A stretch of DNA of 64,000 nucleotides from a virus (lineage: Duplodnaviria; Heunggongvirae; Uroviricota; Caudoviricetes). The number at the start of each line of letters is the position of its first letter. Position 1 is the stretch's first letter. The position numbers were made by a program, and so were the translations under genes. The notes under the pieces were generated by a model. That model searched no databases. It was not told where the DNA came from and worked only from the letters and a program-made list of their open reading frames with translations. Shown here piece by piece: positions 21,163-31,610 of this stretch. The DNA is taken from the IMG/VR virus record IMGVR_UViG_3300033077_000655. The stretch is one strand, 5' to 3'.

Positions 21163-21645
21163 TTGGCAATTGAAACGATGACTAAAAATTCAGCAAACGG
21201 TGTCAGCAGTTTTGACAGTGAATCAACTGGTACCCTAGTGCATTTCCTCAACAGAAATGTAACACCTTATGCTACATCCACGCTGGGTCCTAAGTTTGAT
21301 CTGGTGCCTGTTGAAAAGCAGAAGGACATCATGATCAATGTTGCCAGAATGCATTCTCAACAAGAATACAATCGCATCATGGATCTAGTTCGAGTGTTAG
21401 AATCACAAGCACAAGATATCAAACGACGACTGGAAATAACAGATGCAGTACATGCTGCCGAGTATCAGTTTCAAACACATCATGGGCAGACTTATTGGTT
21501 GGTTTTTGATAAAGACAAAAAGAAAACCATCTTGGCAAGATCGGGCCCCAATGACTGGAGCAGTAGTGCTCCTGAGCATTATGAATATATTGCCCAAGTC
21601 AAGTGGCTGGGTGATTATACCTGGATAGAAGTAAAAGAGGATTAA
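21163..21645 (+). CDS. hypothetical protein
   Basis: ORF. Confidence 0.35.
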   Translation: MAIETMTKNSANGVSSFDSESTGTLVHFLNRNVTPYATSTLGPKFDLVPVEKQKDIMINVARMHSQQEYNRIMDLVRVLESQAQDIKRRLEITDAVHAAEYQFQTHHGQTYWLVFDKDKKKTILARSGPNDWSSSAPEHYEYIAQVKWLGDYTWIEVKED

Positions 21646-21646
21646 C

Positions 21647-22069
21647 ATGGCATTTTTTGATTGGTTTCGAAAGAACCCCACACCTGTAGGACAAAAGTTA
21701 CCCGAACCCAAAGTAGCACCACCTGTGCCACGATCCAAGACTCCCAAAGAAGAATCCAAAACAGCCAAGCAATTGGCCACCGAGAACAATGCACCGTATG
21801 TGAATATTCTCAGTATGGATGTGGATTTGGACAACTTGCATCAAGGTGCATTTGAATTAGACTGGAATGAGATCTTTGTAGCACGACTGGTCAAAGCTGG
21901 CTACATGATCAAGAAAGACGATACTGATTCTGAAATAGTGGATCGTTGGTTCCAAAATGTATGCCGCCATGTTGTGATGGAAACTTGGGAACAAGAAGAA
22001 GCCATCAGCAAGAGTGGTGTATGGGTACGTAGCACAGATATTGGTGGCGGCCGTACTGAAGTATCGTGA
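21647..22069 (+). CDS. hypothetical protein
   Basis: ORF. Confidence 0.35.
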   Translation: MAFFDWFRKNPTPVGQKLPEPKVAPPVPRSKTPKEESKTAKQLATENNAPYVNILSMDVDLDNLHQGAFELDWNEIFVARLVKAGYMIKKDDTDSEIVDRWFQNVCRHVVMETWEQEEAISKSGVWVRSTDIGGGRTEVS

Positions 22070-22797
22070 GGCTGTACGTCAACGGCGATAGCCATACAGC
22101 AGGTGCAGAAGCAGTATCACCGGCAGCATTTGCCGAGGATGATGGCCATCCTGAACTGGGGCGCCGACCACATCCTGCTAATCTAGCAGTAAGCTGGGGA
22201 CAACAACTGGCTGACAAATTAGGCATTGAATTGGTATGTGATGCTGAATCTGCTGCATCTAACTACAGAATTCTTCGTACCACACGAAACTGGATGAATA
22301 GTTTACAGCCCTGGGAATCGGCGGTGGCAATCATACAGTGGAGCACTTGGGAGCGCGAAGAGTGGTTGCACAATGGTGAATACTTGCAAGTAGGCAGTTC
22401 GGGTCTGGATTTGGTTCCTGACGAACTAGCGGATCAGTACAAGCGATTTGTAGTTGGTGTAGATTGGACTTGGTGCCAACAATACTGGCACGATGAGATT
22501 TGGCAACTGCATCAGGACCTGGATGCAGCAAAGATCCCGCATGTGTTCTTTAACGGCAACAATTCATTTGATCGAATCCGTAATGGTGCCTGGCACCAAG
22601 TTGATTGGAACAACGCATACATCGCACCATATTCAGAATACACTTACGATCATATACTACGTGAAGCCAATTTTGTCACGGTGAATCCTGAGTCCTGGCA
22701 TTTCGGTAAAGATGCCCATTGCTTTTGGGCTGAATTTGTGTTACAATACTGTATAGAAAACAATATATTGGATCCCCATGCGATATCTCTTGATTGA
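22066..22797 (+). CDS. SGNH/GDSL-like hydrolase candidate
   Basis: N-terminus LYVNGDSHTAG resembles SGNH block I. Paralogous to the interrupted gene at 45596-46245. Confidence 0.45.
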   Translation: MRLYVNGDSHTAGAEAVSPAAFAEDDGHPELGRRPHPANLAVSWGQQLADKLGIELVCDAESAASNYRILRTTRNWMNSLQPWESAVAIIQWSTWEREEWLHNGEYLQVGSSGLDLVPDELADQYKRFVVGVDWTWCQQYWHDEIWQLHQDLDAAKIPHVFFNGNNSFDRIRNGAWHQVDWNNAYIAPYSEYTYDHILREANFVTVNPESWHFGKDAHCFWAEFVLQYCIENNILDPHAISLD

Positions 22798-23800
22798 TAC
22801 AGCTAACACTTTTTTCCGTGCTCGCCACTCTGTTTTCCGTGCTGCTGATGCTTGGGAAAAAGTAGGATATGCTTTACACATTGTGATGAGTAGTGTGAAC
22901 AAAGTACACAAACAGTTTCAAGCAGATCACGTGATTTTCGCACTAGAAGGGCGATCATGGCGCAAGGACTTTTATGGTCCCTACAAGAAAAACCGCGCTG
23001 TGGCTCGTGCTGCATTATCGGATACAGAACAAGAAGAGGATAAATTGTTTTGGGAAACCTATGATAGCCTCACTAAATACTTGGCTGAAGGTACTAACTG
23101 TAGCGTTATCCGACATCCTGAAGCCGAAGCAGACGACGTGATTGCTCGCTGGATAGCCTTGCATCCGCAGGACGAGCACTACGTGATTTCATCAGACACA
23201 GATTTTGTGCAATTACTAGCACCCAATGTTAGCCAATATAATGGCATTACCGATGAACTTCACACGGTAACAGGCATATTTGATGCCAAGGGCAAGCGTG
23301 TGAAAGACAAAAAGACCAAGACAGACAAAGTGATTCCTGATCCAGAATGGCTGTTGTTTGAAAAATGCATGCGTGGTGATACGTCTGATAACGTATTTTC
23401 GGCGTATCCTGGTGTGCGAACCAAAGGCACCAAAAACAAAGTTGGCTTGCAAGAAGCATTTGAAGACCGCAATAACAAAGGCTTCAATTGGAACAATCTC
23501 ATGTTACAACGTTGGTCTGACCACAATGGTGACGAACATCGTGTGAAAGACGACTACGAACGCAATCGTGTACTGATTGATCTCACTGCACAACCCAAAG
23601 AGATCAAAGACAAAGTGGATGGTGCGATACGTGAACAGATCAGCCACAAAGACATTGGCCAAGTTGGCGTGCGATTCATGAAGTTCTGCGGCAAGTACGA
23701 ACTCAACAAAATATCTGAGTCAGCGGAGCAGTATGCTCGCTGGCTTAACGAAACCTATAAAGGAACACTAGATGAGCATCATAGCCAAGCCCATAGTTAA
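22778..23800 (+). CDS. 5'-3' exonuclease / flap endonuclease (T4 RNase H-like)
   Basis: N-terminus MRYLLIDTANTFFRA (PIN-like); acidic clusters throughout. Confidence 0.6.
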   Translation: MRYLLIDTANTFFRARHSVFRAADAWEKVGYALHIVMSSVNKVHKQFQADHVIFALEGRSWRKDFYGPYKKNRAVARAALSDTEQEEDKLFWETYDSLTKYLAEGTNCSVIRHPEAEADDVIARWIALHPQDEHYVISSDTDFVQLLAPNVSQYNGITDELHTVTGIFDAKGKRVKDKKTKTDKVIPDPEWLLFEKCMRGDTSDNVFSAYPGVRTKGTKNKVGLQEAFEDRNNKGFNWNNLMLQRWSDHNGDEHRVKDDYERNRVLIDLTAQPKEIKDKVDGAIREQISHKDIGQVGVRFMKFCGKYELNKISESAEQYARWLNETYKGTLDEHHSQAHS

Positions 23801-24230
23801 AGATCAGTTTTACATCCTTACACAGGATGATAAAAAGGTCGGCAACATCGAAGCCACAGGAGATGGCTTTGCAGTCAGGATCAACAATCGGGTCATGCCA
23901 TTCAAGACCATTGCAATGATCCGCAAACAAGTTGATATTGAATTTCCAGCAGTGGGTAACAAACCCAATCGAGAACCTGCTAGTTTTCAAGTACAAGGTT
24001 ATCCATCAGGATCTCGAGTATACAATCCCATTTGGGATGTGCAACACAAACTGCCATTGTATACTAAGAATCGCAAGTCACGTTCGTGGTTTGCAGCCGG
24101 ATGGTATCAGGTCAAACAACGACGAACCTGGACTATTGTACAAAGCCCTAAACTCATTACCTTGGAACGTTATCAGTATCAAGGTCCATTTTATACCCGA
24201 GAAGAAGCCAATGTTAAATCCCTTCCGTGA
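23772..24230 (+). CDS. hypothetical protein
   Basis: ORF whose 3' end overlaps the MazG start. Confidence 0.35.
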   Translation: MSIIAKPIVKDQFYILTQDDKKVGNIEATGDGFAVRINNRVMPFKTIAMIRKQVDIEFPAVGNKPNREPASFQVQGYPSGSRVYNPIWDVQHKLPLYTKNRKSRSWFAAGWYQVKQRRTWTIVQSPKLITLERYQYQGPFYTREEANVKSLP

Positions 24231-24603
24231 TCAAGAAAAATTTATGCGAGCCTGTGACCAAAGTGTTGACGGGTTTGACGAAAAACAATTCGCGATGTAT
24301 GTTAATCTAATCAGTGAAGAATATCAAGAATTGTTAGAAGCAACACTATCAGATGATCAAGTTGAAACATTAGATGCGTTAATTGATATTCTAGTTGTGA
24401 CCATTGGCGCTATACATAGTGCAGGATGGGATGCAGAAGGCGCCTGGAAAGAAGTTATGGCCACAAACTTTGCTAAAATTGACAGTGACACTGGTAAAGT
24501 TCGCAAGCGTGAAGATGGCAAGGTACTTAAACCACAAGGTTGGGAACCGCCAAACTTGAAACCATTCTTGAAAAAGAAGGGTGCGTTTAATAAGTTCTCC
24601 TGA
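24211..24603 (+). CDS. mazG: MazG-like NTP pyrophosphohydrolase
   Basis: EEYQELLEA and DALIDIL motifs. Start set at the internal Met so the protein is 131 aa. Confidence 0.65.
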   Translation: MLNPFRDQEKFMRACDQSVDGFDEKQFAMYVNLISEEYQELLEATLSDDQVETLDALIDILVVTIGAIHSAGWDAEGAWKEVMATNFAKIDSDTGKVRKREDGKVLKPQGWEPPNLKPFLKKKGAFNKFS

Positions 24604-24854
24604 TGAGTATCCATATCAATCGATTTGTTGATTCAGTAAAGGCACATGAAGCACGTGGACAACGTGACTTCATAATGTCAATGAAGGATGCCAAAGACCT
24701 ACATGCTGACATAACCAAGATACTGTTGGCCATGATTGACATGCAAAATACCTTGCTACAGGTACAGAAAGAACAAGTTATTACGGTGGAACTGGACGGC
24801 AAAGACTTCTAAAACTACATATATTTCTGCTAAATAAATGTAGGAGTATAATGA

Positions 24855-25151
24855 ATGAGTCGTCCAAAACCGTCGGTATTAATTGAAAACACCAACAAGC
24901 AGACCTACAAAACTGAGCAAGTATTAGCCAGTGAAGGTATCTGGGCAGTGTTTTTTGATGGTCGGCCAATCAATCTCAAGACTTCTAACTTGCTCACACA
25001 GTATCCAGGTCCCAAGTATAAAAAGGTTTCGTTCTCAAACAGCGGACACGCAATCAATTTGGCACGTAAACTAAATGTTCAATTTAGAACTGACAAGTTT
25101 TCTGTAGTATTACTCAAGCAAGGGGATAAGATATATCCCAATGCGAAATAA
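24855..25151 (+). CDS. hypothetical protein
   Basis: ORF preceded by the RBS ggagtat. Confidence 0.35.
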   Translation: MSRPKPSVLIENTNKQTYKTEQVLASEGIWAVFFDGRPINLKTSNLLTQYPGPKYKKVSFSNSGHAINLARKLNVQFRTDKFSVVLLKQGDKIYPNAK

Positions 25152-25503
25152 GCAGGCCATTACTGAAGCACTGATCAGGCAGTATCCTGAATTGCAGCGC
25201 CCTGGATTAGATTGGGCCATGCAAACTTGGTGGCGTAATTCTCGTCAAGGTGCGGGCATGCGACTTAGTCCCCATGGTTATATTGTGATGCAACGAATGA
25301 ATATCGAGCATTATAATTTTGATATTCAACTGGAACAAATACGTCCTAAATTATTGATTATGTTGGATCAAAGATTACAAGATCCATATTATCTCAATCT
25401 AGATAGAAAGAATCCCAATATTAAATTCTACGGATCTAAGGAAGCATTTTTAGCAAATCTGTATGGGGATTTAGATCGTTTTCTTGAGCACTATACCCAG
25501 TAA
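25141..25503 (+). CDS. hypothetical protein
   Basis: ORF. Confidence 0.35.
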   Translation: MRNKQAITEALIRQYPELQRPGLDWAMQTWWRNSRQGAGMRLSPHGYIVMQRMNIEHYNFDIQLEQIRPKLLIMLDQRLQDPYYLNLDRKNPNIKFYGSKEAFLANLYGDLDRFLEHYTQ

Positions 25504-25533
25504 AAGTGTTGTAAAAAAGCCACAATATTTTGG

Positions 25534-25562
25534 TTGACCGGATTTGCTAGATCGGCTATAAT
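25534..25562 (+). promoter_or_regulatory. consensus-like sigma70 promoter TTGACC-N17-TATAAT
   Basis: TTGACC at 25534-25539 and TATAAT at 25557-25562, immediately upstream of the GIY-YIG gene. Confidence 0.55.
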
Positions 25563-25913
25563 ATGTGTATGGAAGCAACAAAAGCCACTCGTAAAAAGCG
25601 TGTTGATCGCACTCATATTGTGTATGCTCTGCACATTGGTACAGAGTTTTACATTGGTATCACTGCAAAGACTCAGCGCACAATCCCCATGAGCCTGCGT
25701 AGCCGTGTTAACAAACACATCTATCGTTCGCGTACTGAGGACAAATCTTGGTGCCTGTACGAAGCAATTCGCATCGCAGGTGCTGACAGCATCACTGCTG
25801 TGATTGTAGACATTGTGCGTGGCAAAGCTGCTGCACATAAACTCGAACGCGAGCTGATTGCTCAGTACACACCTGCACTGAACACTGATGTGCGTGTGAA
25901 GCAGAACGGTTGA
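25563..25913 (+). CDS. GIY-YIG domain nuclease
   Basis: [15 protein letters not shown] matches the GIY...YIG motif. Confidence 0.55.
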   Translation: MCMEATKATRKKRVDRTHIVYALHIGTEFYIGITAKTQRTIPMSLRSRVNKHIYRSRTEDKSWCLYEAIRIAGADSITAVIVDIVRGKAAAHKLERELIAQYTPALNTDVRVKQNG

Positions 25914-25938
25914 CCAGAAATTACCGTTCTGCTATAAT
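25910..25938 (+). promoter_or_regulatory. promoter TTGACC-N17-TATAAT with its -35 inside a 9-bp inverted repeat
   Basis: GCAGAACGG-ttgaccagaaatta-CCGTTCTGC followed by TATAAT at 25933-25938. Overlaps the upstream stop codon. Confidence 0.55.
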
Positions 25939-25958
25939 ACACTTATTGCAACAAGGAG

Positions 25959-26324
25959 TTGATTATGGCACGTAAGACAAAAGCAGAACTCACAGCTGAG
26001 AACGAAGCATTTATGGCTCAGCGTGAAGCAGAAGAAGTTGCTTCCTTTTTCGGCCTGTTGATGGCACAGTTGGAACGAGCAACAAATAGTCCTAACTTCT
26101 TTAGTCTCACAGTGCGTGACGCTAAGTTCCTTCTGGTTGAAGGTCGTGACACTTGGACATTGTCTCCGGTACACTCTATGCAGGCTCAAATAGACTTGGA
26201 AGGCCTAATGTGGGACCTGGATCAGCTGGATGAAGAACGGCGTGTGGTAGCGGAGCGCGAAGCAGCCAAGAAGGAAGCATTAGCCAAGTTGACTGCCTTT
26301 GAACGCGAACTGTTGGGACTGTAA
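25959..26324 (+). CDS. hypothetical protein
   Basis: ORF with the RBS aaggagt. Confidence 0.35.
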   Translation: MIMARKTKAELTAENEAFMAQREAEEVASFFGLLMAQLERATNSPNFFSLTVRDAKFLLVEGRDTWTLSPVHSMQAQIDLEGLMWDLDQLDEERRVVAEREAAKKEALAKLTAFERELLGL

Positions 26325-26704
26325 GGAATCACTATGACCAAACTAGAACAAATCCAAGCACTACTACCTACTGAGCTCTACAAAGACTCAAAGGACTGGC
26401 GTGAAGGCAGTGTAGTAGAACGTGTGGAGTGGTTGCTCTCCATGTACCAAAGTAGCCACGAGGATGTGCTACGCCTGGAACAAGATGTGGATGACCTGAA
26501 GATGGGTCGCTACTATCCAGCAGAAGAGTTTGACAAATGATCCGTAAAAAATTAATCACTGGGCATTACATCATCAAAGCCTCGGCCTACTACGGTAGAA
26601 AGAGCCCCGGATGGATTGCGGTACTGCATGGCTATCCTTGGCACCACACCGGACCCACGGGCAAGAGAGATGCCCAAACCGCAGCTGATCAAGCCAATAA
26701 AACG

Positions 26705-26734
26705 GTTGACCAGAATTGACAAATCGATTATAAT
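26705..26734 (+). promoter_or_regulatory. promoter TTGACC-N18-TATAAT
   Basis: ggTTGACCagaattgac...gatTATAAT; same family as the promoters at 25910 and 39235. Confidence 0.5.
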
Positions 26735-26960
26735 ACGCACATACACAGCAACACGCAGGAGAACGTTATGAAATTCTTTTGGAACAAAGCAAAAGGGCTC
26801 AATGCAGACGTTGAGCGCCACCGTGCAAAGGAACAAGAGTTAGAAGCAAAGATTGCCGAACTTGAAGGCAAGACAGATCCCATGAGCATTGCCTCATTGC
26901 GAGTATACCGTAGATTCCTGTACCAACTGCACTTGAGCAAGGCTAACGTAGTATCAAAGA

Positions 26961-27311
26961 TTGGAAAGAAGTAATATGACCTTGGATAGGTTGATTGCTG
27001 GTCAAGGTAACAAGTGTCATTATTGCAATTGCGAAATGAATCGTGAGAAGAAGTCACCACAATTGGCAACTGTTGAGCATCTTGTGGATAAGTGGTCGAG
27101 TCCAAAACACAGGAAAATCGAAGTTGCTTCCAATTTGGTGGCGGCTTGTTTTCAATGTAACAATAGTCGCGGTTCAACACGAAATCGTATTGCCCGCAAC
27201 TATTATAAAATAGTAGTGGCCAAGCGAGGAATCAAACTTGCGGTTGCTTCAACATCAAGTAAGGTTTTATATTCGATGTTTGGTCCAGTGCCACAACATC
27301 TCTTAACGTAA
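26961..27311 (+). CDS. HNH endonuclease
   Basis: CHYCNCEM...VEHLVDKW...CFQCNNSRG (CxxC...H...N...CxxCN). Confidence 0.55.
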   Translation: MERSNMTLDRLIAGQGNKCHYCNCEMNREKKSPQLATVEHLVDKWSSPKHRKIEVASNLVAACFQCNNSRGSTRNRIARNYYKIVVAKRGIKLAVASTSSKVLYSMFGPVPQHLLT

Positions 27312-27323
27312 AGGAAATTAAAA

Positions 27324-28337
27324 ATGCGTAAGATGGCAACTATTCGACAAATTGATGCACTGAATCCTATTGAGGGTGCAGATGCTATTGAGTGCGCTAC
27401 CATTGGTGGATGGAAGGTAGTGGTAAAGAAGGGTGAGTTTGCGGTAGGCGACCGTGCAGTGTATTGCGAGATTGACTCTTGGATTCCCACCGAGATTGCA
27501 TCATTCCTAAGCAAGGGCAAGGAGCCTCGCGAGTTTGAAGGTATCCGCGGCGAACGTCTGCGTACTGTAAAGCTACGAGGCCAACTGAGCCAAGGTCTGC
27601 TGCTGAATCTTGATGATGTTATTCCACAAACCAATTCATTCGTCGAAGGTGATGATGTATCAGAACTGCTGAACATTGTGAAGTGGGAAATGCCCATGAA
27701 TGCACAACTAGCCGGAATGGCCAAGGGTAATTTTCCTTCTGAGATTCCCAAGACTGACCAAGAACGTGCGCAGAATCTTGTTGGAGAAATCCAGGCTGCT
27801 GCCGAAACAGGCACTGAGTTCGAAGTGACTGAAAAGCTAGAAGGCTCTTCAATGACTGTGTACTTGATTGATGGCGAGTTTGGTGTTTGCTCTCGCAACC
27901 TGGACCTTAAGGAAACTGAAGGCAATACATTTTGGCAAGTGGCACGGCGTGATGACATTGAGGCAAAGATGCGTTCAGTTGTTGGTACTGATTTTGCAAT
28001 TCAAGGCGAATTGATTGGCCCTGGAATTCAAGGCAATATCTACAAACTACGTGAACCAGAGTTCCGTGTGTTTGATATTTACAGCATTACTACAGGTGCT
28101 TATCTGTCTCCTCAAAAGCGCAGAGAACTAATTCGAAATCTTGGTCTACTCCATGTTCCTTTTATCTCTGTTGACAAAGACCTTGGTGTTGGCTCTATTG
28201 ACGAAATTCTTCAATGGGCAGAGGACATATCAATTTTAAATCCTACTGTACAGCGTGAAGGCATCGTGTTCAAGGAAGTGAATGGCGGCATGAGCTTCAA
28301 GGCAATCTCTAACAAGTACCTGCTGGGAGAAAAGTAA
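27324..28337 (+). CDS. ATP-dependent RNA ligase, second type (Rnl2/DraRnl-like)
   Basis: N-terminal OB-like IRQIDALNPIEGADAIECATIGGWKVVVKKGEF; nucleotidyltransferase motif I-like KLEGSS; 337 aa. Confidence 0.5.
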   Translation: MRKMATIRQIDALNPIEGADAIECATIGGWKVVVKKGEFAVGDRAVYCEIDSWIPTEIASFLSKGKEPREFEGIRGERLRTVKLRGQLSQGLLLNLDDVIPQTNSFVEGDDVSELLNIVKWEMPMNAQLAGMAKGNFPSEIPKTDQERAQNLVGEIQAAAETGTEFEVTEKLEGSSMTVYLIDGEFGVCSRNLDLKETEGNTFWQVARRDDIEAKMRSVVGTDFAIQGELIGPGIQGNIYKLREPEFRVFDIYSITTGAYLSPQKRRELIRNLGLLHVPFISVDKDLGVGSIDEILQWAEDISILNPTVQREGIVFKEVNGGMSFKAISNKYLLGEK

Positions 28338-28609
28338 TGTCATTCTACATAAAAGATCTTGACAAGTGGATATCTTATTATCAATGGTTGATATTATTGA
28401 ATGTTGTAACTGTGGCACTGTTTGCTATAGCTGTGGCCTTGATCATTGATAGTGTATTCAATGGCAATTTAAATCAGAGTTTCAAACAACTAACTGATAC
28501 AATCGCACAGGCAATTCACAAAACTGGATCGCATGCTGAACTGATTGACACAGCTGGGTTTGTGGCTGTTTTTGCTTTGAGTGTGTATTGTTTATTTCAA
28601 ATTAAGTAA
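28337..28609 (+). CDS. small transmembrane protein
   Basis: Hydrophobic segment LILLNVVTVALFAIAVALII; ATGA overlap with the upstream stop. Confidence 0.35.
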   Translation: MSFYIKDLDKWISYYQWLILLNVVTVALFAIAVALIIDSVFNGNLNQSFKQLTDTIAQAIHKTGSHAELIDTAGFVAVFALSVYCLFQIK

Positions 28610-28614
28610 TAATT

Positions 28615-28956
28615 ATGTTAAAAAATCTTGTGTTATCTATTACAATATGTTTGGTTGCAAGCACTGCGAATGCACAGTGGAATTTTAATAATTCTGGTAG
28701 TCGTGTATTTGATATGAAAAAAAATAGCACCAACAAAACAACAGTAGAGATACAGTATGTCAAAGCGTCCGAAATTCAAGCAGCCTGTGATGCTCAAAGT
28801 CACAATTTTGGATTGGGGGGGTTTCCTAAAGGTGCATTGGCTTGTACTTGGCAATGGCCAGATCGATGCTTGATAATTTTGCCCGAAAAAGTAGATATGC
28901 GTACAGTAGGGCATGAATTTTTGCATTGTTTGCAAGGCAATTGGCATGCCGAATAA
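28615..28956 (+). CDS. secreted small HExxH zinc-metalloprotease-like protein
   Basis: Signal peptide MLKNLVLSITICLVASTANA; VGHEFLHCLQG (HExxH). Confidence 0.4.
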   Translation: MLKNLVLSITICLVASTANAQWNFNNSGSRVFDMKKNSTNKTTVEIQYVKASEIQAACDAQSHNFGLGGFPKGALACTWQWPDRCLIILPEKVDMRTVGHEFLHCLQGNWHAE

Positions 28957-30294
28957 TGGCAGGAGCAAGATTGAAACAACATTTTGGAGTTGAAGAATGA
29001 TTGAAGATGAAGATCCACAACGAGAAAAGATATTTGAACTTGAACAAGAGATTGTTCGGTTGCGTGGACAGATCACATATCTTCAAGAAGAACTGTCAAG
29101 CTCAGAGGATGAAGTGGCTCGAGTTACAAACCGTTTTGAATATCAAATTGACCGCTTGGAACAAGAACTAGGTGATGCATTGTATAGATCGGAATCCAAA
29201 TGACCGAAGAAGAATACCGAGCCAATATTAAACGACAGGCAGACAACTGCCGAGAGCAAATAGAAACATCAGAACGTTTTCGTGACGAAGCGTTTGGGTT
29301 GTTAGCATTAGCACATTTAAATTTGATGCAACACCTCAAGTATGGATTCAATCCTAAGACTGCACACAGCACCTTGATCAGTGTGGGGCAGCAGTATCCC
29401 TTGCTAAAAGCAAAGATGGACAAATTAGAATCGGAGTTGAACTATGAAACCGACATCAGCTGATGGTGTGGAAGGTGTGTTGATCCAGATAGGCGCTGGT
29501 GTTTACAAGTTCCGAGTGTATGATTCTGAACACAACTTTGTGGATTATGACTTGCATCATAGCGATTTGTGTGTTACAATAACGGATCCAGACGCATTCT
29601 TTTATTGTGAAGATGGTGTCGATCGACTGGATCACAGCCCTCAAACATTAGGACACGAAGAATGAACGAACGAATTCGAGAACTTGCTGAACAGGCTACC
29701 ACTATTGTAGAAATGGTAGGTCCACAAGGTTATGCCAGCAGTTATGCTAACTTTGATAGAGAAAAGTTCGCCGAGCTGATTGTGAAAGAATGTGCTGATA
29801 TTGCCACAAACAGATATCAGAGGCTCATGGATGGCGGAAAAGCAATCAAAGAACATTTTGAAGTTGAAGAATGAACGAACTTACTAGACCAATGCCACCA
29901 AGGGCAAGACTAAGATGTGACGCATGTGGCACTATCGGCGAGGATGGAAAGCACAATAGTATAATTTGCAGGTTCCTACATTGGGTCGACAAACATTTTG
30001 GAGTTGAAGAATGAAAAGCAACCTGGTTCACTCTTACATCACAGGATTTAAGTTTAAAAACATCTACGGTGGTGAGACTGATGACTATTCACGCAGTATC
30101 ATGCAGATAAAATATTTGGATCCTGTGACAGCACAGAAGTTTCCGATGATTAAAAATAAATGGAAACTAAGTGATCATGCTCGATCATACGGATACTTTG
30201 ACACGCTTGAAGAAGCAAAGACAGAAGCACAACGTATTTGGACAGGATGTGGATTTAAGACACCAGAAGAGTGTAGAACAGAAGAGGTTGAAGA

Positions 30295-30633
30295 ATGATT
30301 ACCTTACAACTACTTGAAAAAGATGATACTGTCCAGCCTGAAGATTGGTGTCGGCCATTGAGCATTGTATCAATGAGTGGTGGTCAATCTGACTACTACA
30401 GTTTTTCGAGCCAATACACAGGTGCTCCCGAGAACAATGTTAAATGGGTTAAAGTTAAGTATATTCTAGGCAGGCCATGGCACGGATGCACAGTTAAAGC
30501 AATTGACGACGGCCTTGGAAAGTATGTCAAATACGAGTTCGTTCGAGGGGATATTCCACAGCGTAGTAAGTTAAGTCTCAAGGACTATAAAATTACTGAC
30601 CATACTAAGAAGTTTGTAGGAGTTGAACTATGA
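30295..30633 (+). CDS. hypothetical protein
   Basis: One of a run of small ORFs at 28997-30633 that share start contexts. Confidence 0.35.
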   Translation: MITLQLLEKDDTVQPEDWCRPLSIVSMSGGQSDYYSFSSQYTGAPENNVKWVKVKYILGRPWHGCTVKAIDDGLGKYVKYEFVRGDIPQRSKLSLKDYKITDHTKKFVGVEL

Positions 30634-30742
30634 CATATATTACTAACCGTTACGAATCAGTCAAACTGCCTTGGGAGCCAGGGTTAGTCGAATGGCTGCA
30701 ACAACGTTATCCAATGAGCCTATATCGAATTGTAGAGAAATA

Positions 30743-31207
30743 ATGCCAAAAGTTTATGTATTAGTGGGAGTGCCAGGTTCAGGCAAAAGCACCTGGATAC
30801 GGGATCAAGACTGGGCCCTGGGGCTGACTATAGTTAGTACAGATGCGTTTGTGGAAGACTATGCTAGAGCACAAGGCAAAACTTACAATCAAGTGTTCAA
30901 GGAGTATATGCCTACGGCTGTCAACTTGATGACTGAACAAGTTGTATTTGCACGTGAGCACAATCACAGTATAATTTGGGATCAAACATCAACCACAATC
31001 AAAAGTCGTCTAAAGAAGTTCCGCATGTTGCCCGACTATGAACATGTTGCTGTGGTGTTTCGCACCCCCGAGGCTGAAGAATTGGCTCGTCGATTGTCCG
31101 GCCGAGCAGGAAAGAACATTCCTGATCATGTCATGCATAGCATGATTGCAGGTTGGGAAGAACCTACCGAACAAGAAGGATATGCGGAGATTTGGAATGC
31201 CAGCTGA
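30743..31207 (+). CDS. P-loop kinase (polynucleotide/nucleotide kinase-like)
   Basis: Walker A VLVGVPGSGKST directly after the Met at 30743. The longer upstream ORF start was rejected. Confidence 0.5.
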   Translation: MPKVYVLVGVPGSGKSTWIRDQDWALGLTIVSTDAFVEDYARAQGKTYNQVFKEYMPTAVNLMTEQVVFAREHNHSIIWDQTSTTIKSRLKKFRMLPDYEHVAVVFRTPEAEELARRLSGRAGKNIPDHVMHSMIAGWEEPTEQEGYAEIWNAS

Positions 31208-31610
31208 AATCATGTGGTTTTTAAAACAAAAGGAATAATATGAGCAAACTAAAACAACTAATTGAAGAGATCAGATCTCTACTTGAAGAAGGTTACCGAC
31301 CAGTGACCATTTCTGGTATGTTGGATGTGTCGGTGGACCTGGTGTATCAAGTGGCCGAGTTAACAGAAGTTGACAGCTATTCGTAATAGTGTTATAGTGT
31401 AATTTTTAACAAAGGGGTATTATGATTAAACTTTGGTTTGCGTTTGCTATCCTTGCTGTGTTAATACACGTTGGTATTAGTACATGGAGGAAAATGGACG
31501 GCAAGGAACAATTGGCCTTGACAAAAAGCATAGGTTATAGTATACTTGTATCACTGGCAGCAGTGATGTTGATGACAGTGCTTGTAATTTTATTTTAAGG
31601 AAACACGGAA

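Noticed and set aside
23932-24210. Long N-terminal extension of the MazG ORF (223-aa version).
   Set aside because: It overlaps the 23772-24230 ORF in another frame. MazG domains are about 130 aa, so the internal Met at 24211 gives a typical size.
30671-30742. N-terminal extension of the P-loop kinase ORF (MGARVSRMAATT...).
   Set aside because: The Walker A motif starts two residues after the internal Met at 30743. The extension has no RBS, so the shorter start is preferred.
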